Made by a program: the position numbers and the translations under genes
Shown here: one piece after another, positions 60,920-64,000 of the stretch
How the letters are laid out: each line of letters begins with the position of its first letter
Position numbering within the stretch: the stretch's first letter is position 1
The notes under the pieces: generated by a model
Databases searched by the model: none
What the model was told of the DNA's origin: nothing
What the model saw: only the letters and a program-made list of their open reading frames with translations
NCBI GenBank assembly: GCA_963742735.1
Contig: CAVUMN010000001.1
Location: 160,001 to 224,000, forward strand
Direction of reading: 5' to 3'
Length of the DNA: 64,000 nucleotides
DNA from: an uncultured Actinomycetes bacterium
GTDB lineage: Bacteria > Actinomycetota > UBA4738 > JBBDTT01

Positions 60920-61831
60920 TCAGCGCTCGCGCATCCACGCCACGGTTCGAGCGAGGCCCGCGTCCAGGTCCACCCGGGGACGCCAGCCCATGGCCCGCTT
61001 GATCCCCTCGTAGGAGACGAAGTTGCGGGCGGGGTCCGCGGGCCGGGCGGGCCGCCGCTCGATCTGGAGCGGGACGTCGCAGGCGTCCGCCACCCGCTCG
61101 GCGAGCTGGAGCACCGAGGTCTCCACGCCCGTCCCCAGGTGGTAGGTGCCGGGCCGCTTCGCGGCGAGCGCCTTCTCGACCGCCCGGCACACGTCCTCGA
61201 TGTAGATGAAGTCTCGGGTCTGCTTGCCGGTGCCGTAGACGACCAGGGGTGCGCGGCGCAGGGCCCGCCGCAGGAACGAGGCGATCACGCTCTTCTTGTG
61301 GGCGCTGAGCGGCCCGTAGACGTTCGAGAACCGCAGCGCGATCCCCACGATACCGAAGGCGGCCGCGGCCGCCGTGATGCCCTCGCCGTAGAGCTTCGAG
61401 GCGCCGTACGGGGACATCGGCTGGGGCGCCATGTCCTCGCGCAGGGGCGGGGTCGCCCCGGCCAGAACGGCCCCCGAGGACGCGAAGATCACGTGGGACC
61501 CGGCGGCGCGGCGGACGGCGTCGATCACGTTGAACGTGCCCTGGACGTTGACCCGGTAGTCGACCTCGGGATGCGAGACCGAGTCGGCGACCCCCGGCTT
61601 CGCGGCCAGGTGGACAACCGCGTCGGTTCCTTTCATCGCCCTGCGCAGGGCGCTCGCGTCCTCGATCGACGCCTCCACGGTTCGGGCCGGTCCGCCCCTC
61701 GAGCCCCACCAGGCAGGGCGGGCTCGTGCCGACAGGTCGTCGAACGCCACCAGCTCGTGGCCGGCGGCGGCGAGGTGCTCCACGAGGTTCGCGCCGACGA
61801 ACCCCGCGCCACCCGTGACGAGGACGCGCAT
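60920..61831 (-). CDS. NAD-dependent NDP-sugar epimerase/dehydratase
   Basis: VLVTGGAGFVG, VHLAA, SPYGASK (YxxxK), LRFSNVYGP, QTRDFIYIED; start ATG 61831. Confidence 0.92.
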   Translation of the reverse strand: MRVLVTGGAGFVGANLVEHLAAAGHELVAFDDLSARARPAWWGSRGGPARTVEASIEDASALRRAMKGTDAVVHLAAKPGVADSVSHPEVDYRVNVQGTFNVIDAVRRAAGSHVIFASSGAVLAGATPPLREDMAPQPMSPYGASKLYGEGITAAAAAFGIVGIALRFSNVYGPLSAHKKSVIASFLRRALRRAPLVVYGTGKQTRDFIYIEDVCRAVEKALAAKRPGTYHLGTGVETSVLQLAERVADACDVPLQIERRPARPADPARNFVSYEGIKRAMGWRPRVDLDAGLARTVAWMRER

Positions 61832-61873
61832 GACCCCGATGTTCCCACGCAGGGAGTTGATACCGTTGGAGCC

Positions 61874-63937
61874 GTGCAAGCTGAGACGACGACCGGCGCG
61901 CCGCCCCGGTCCGAGAGCCCCGTCCCCCCGCCCTCCCCCGGAAGCGACCACGGCTGGATCGCGTCCGCGGCCGCCCTCGCCGCGGTGGCCGTCGTCATCC
62001 TGAGCTTCTTCCTCTCGGTCTACGTCCGTCGCGACATCCCGGTGCCCCTCGGGTGGGACACGTCGCGCTACCTGTGGCAGACGTCGTTCGTCCAGGTGGA
62101 GGGCCTCGAGGCTCTCCGTGAACCCCTTCCCCCGCCGTTCAAGACCAGCCTGTCCCGCCCGGCGTTTCCGATCATCGCGGCGACGACCTCCTCGATGACC
62201 GGCGTCTCGGCGTTCCGGGTGGCGGCGGTGCTGCCCTCGGTGCTGGCTCTGGTCATCGGCGCCGCGGCGGGGGCGTTCGTGACCGCCACTCTCCGCCGCC
62301 CGCTGTGGGAGCTCGGGGCCATCGCCGTCGCGGTGGGGACGTGCGCGTACGTCGTTCGTCTCGCCGCACCCGAGGCCTACCAGGACAACATGTCCGCGGC
62401 GGCCATCGTCCTGGCCGCGGCGGTCCCGATCACGTTCGCGGTTGCGGGCGTCCGCCGCATGCTCGTTCCGGCGATCGTCCTGCTCGCCGCCGGCGCGGTG
62501 ACCCACTGGGTGTTCTTCCTGTTCTTCGCCGGCGTGCTCGGGCTGGCCGGGCTGGGCCTGCTTCCCGGGTCCTGGCGGCAGTGGCGATCGGGCCGTCCCC
62601 TGTGGGAGACGCCCCTGGCCCGGCTGAGCGCCATCACGATCGGGGGCGGCGCGCTGGGCGCCGCAGCGATCTTCGGGGTCCTCGGCGCCGCGCCCGAACG
62701 GCCGAAGTTCTCCTACCCGGAGTTCCGCAAGAAGCTTCGCCTGGACATCCCGAAGTACCGGTTCGCGGTGGCGCTTCCGCTGGCGGCGGTGGGCGCCGCG
62801 TCGCTGTTCCTCGACCGGGTGTTCGGCAAGGCGTCGAACGCCGACCAGTCCGCCCGGGAGGGCGAGCCGGAGGCGACCCGACGATTCGTCGCCATCCTGT
62901 TGGTCGCCTGGGTGGCGTTCGCGGCACTCGGCGTCGCCGCGTTCCTCGCCGGCCGCCTGCTCCCCGCCCATCGGTTCCTGGCCTTCGCCCTGGCCGTCCC
63001 CCTTCTCGGGATCCTCGGGGTGCTGGCGATCGGACGGCTCGTGGCCGGCCGGCCGGGCACGCCGAACCGGCGGGTTCGCGTGCTCCTGGGAGCCGCGGTC
63101 GTCCTCGCCGTCGTCGGGGTATCCGCCACCACGTCGTACGCGACGTGGGAGGACCAGCCGACGTGGGCGCGGATGGACCGCGACAAGGTGACCCAGGCCG
63201 CGCTGGCCGGGGCCTACCTCGACCGCCTGGGGACACCCGCCGAGGAGCCGTTCGTGTTCATCGTCGACGACCGCGGGCCAAATCCCGACGCCTACGTCGG
63301 GCTGATGACCCACATGATCCGCGCGTCCCTGCCGGCGGAGCGGCTTCGGGCCCTGCACATCTTCGTGGGCGACCCGGAGGACTTCCTGGCCCGCCGGCCG
63401 TCCGACGACGGGACCGGGCAGCACACGGCCGTCTCCCGGCGGTTCCTCGAGAACCTCGAGCCGCTGCTCGATGAACGGCCGATCGCCTTCGTGGCGGCCG
63501 CACTCAACGACCACTCCTGGGGCGGATGGATCGCCGCCCACCCGGATTCGCGGATCGGCTCGGACGTGGCGATCGTCCAGGGTCCGGAGACGGGCACGCT
63601 GCTGGACGTCCCGCCGATCGCGATCGGACCGCTCCCCGCGTACCAGTGGGTCGCGTTCGCCGGCGGGATCGCGTGCCTCTACGGGCTGACCGGGCTGGGC
63701 TGGACCCTCGCCATCTTCGGATCGCGGGTCCGCCGGTTCGAGGCCCTGGCCCTCTCGCCCGCCGTCGGGCTGGCCGCGATCGTCCTGGCGGGCGTCGTGG
63801 CCGACCGGCTTGGTGTGCGGCTGATCGGCGTTCCGGGAGCGGCGGTCGCCCTCGTGGCCGGGCTGGTGGGGTGGGCGGCGTGGCCGCTCACGCGTCGCCG
63901 GGCTCGCCGGGCGACAGCCCCGACCGAAGCCGCCTGA
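61874..63937 (+). CDS. GT-C-like polytopic membrane protein
   Basis: PLGWDTSRYLW after the first TM, AVTHWVFF, GLGW...ALSPAVG; TACCGT 7 nt before GTG 61874. Confidence 0.6.
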   Translation: MQAETTTGAPPRSESPVPPPSPGSDHGWIASAAALAAVAVVILSFFLSVYVRRDIPVPLGWDTSRYLWQTSFVQVEGLEALREPLPPPFKTSLSRPAFPIIAATTSSMTGVSAFRVAAVLPSVLALVIGAAAGAFVTATLRRPLWELGAIAVAVGTCAYVVRLAAPEAYQDNMSAAAIVLAAAVPITFAVAGVRRMLVPAIVLLAAGAVTHWVFFLFFAGVLGLAGLGLLPGSWRQWRSGRPLWETPLARLSAITIGGGALGAAAIFGVLGAAPERPKFSYPEFRKKLRLDIPKYRFAVALPLAAVGAASLFLDRVFGKASNADQSAREGEPEATRRFVAILLVAWVAFAALGVAAFLAGRLLPAHRFLAFALAVPLLGILGVLAIGRLVAGRPGTPNRRVRVLLGAAVVLAVVGVSATTSYATWEDQPTWARMDRDKVTQAALAGAYLDRLGTPAEEPFVFIVDDRGPNPDAYVGLMTHMIRASLPAERLRALHIFVGDPEDFLARRPSDDGTGQHTAVSRRFLENLEPLLDERPIAFVAAALNDHSWGGWIAAHPDSRIGSDVAIVQGPETGTLLDVPPIAIGPLPAYQWVAFAGGIACLYGLTGLGWTLAIFGSRVRRFEALALSPAVGLAAIVLAGVVADRLGVRLIGVPGAAVALVAGLVGWAAWPLTRRRARRATAPTEAA

Positions 63938-64000
63938 CCGCCGCCGCGGGATCCGCCGCCTCCGTCACGGCGCGGACCACGACGATCCGTCCGGCGCCGG
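63888..64000 (-). CDS. thiE: Thiamine-phosphate synthase, 3' fragment
   Basis: GAGRIVVVRAVTEAADPAAAVRRLR matches the typical ThiE C-terminus. It overlaps the convergent gene by 50 bp. Confidence 0.65.
   Translation of the reverse strand, partial: GAGRIVVVRAVTEAADPAAAVRRLRSGLSPGEPGDA

Overview
Very GC-rich chromosomal window from an Actinomycetota bacterium (actinobacterial LexA box, SepF/DivIVA/DUF3040 synteny, no ftsA, murB inside the dcw cluster, many apparently leaderless genes). 1-23.7 kb holds lspA (partial), dksA/traR, ileS and a complete division/cell-wall (dcw) cluster from mraZ to divIVA. Two unassigned genes sit in it: a 38-aa glycine-zipper membrane peptide and a membrane-anchored Lys/Ala-rich zinc-binding protein. 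23.8-35.7 kb holds an HNH nuclease, the MoxR-DUF58-transglutaminase triad, an Rv1830/McdR-like MerR regulator, DUF3040, a LexA-box-controlled DUF6504-dnaE2-dinB cassette without imuA/imuB, and an FKBP lipoprotein. 35.7-64 kb is a ~28 kb surface-glycan locus. It has a Wzy-type module (WecA, 2 GT4, deacetylase, Wzy, GNAT, Wzc), then UDP-sulfoquinovose synthase (two +1 frameshifts) in an operon with a DUF2304-GT2 fusion and a GT-C. Five more GT-C-like membrane proteins, a CBM-containing hydrolase-like protein, a secreted sulfatase and an NDP-sugar epimerase follow, and the window ends in the 3' end of thiE. The best candidate for an undescribed system is lipid-carrier-dependent extracytoplasmic sulfoquinovosylation of the envelope. 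No rRNA, tRNA, CRISPR array or IS element was recognised. All assignments come from motifs read by eye; no searches were run.
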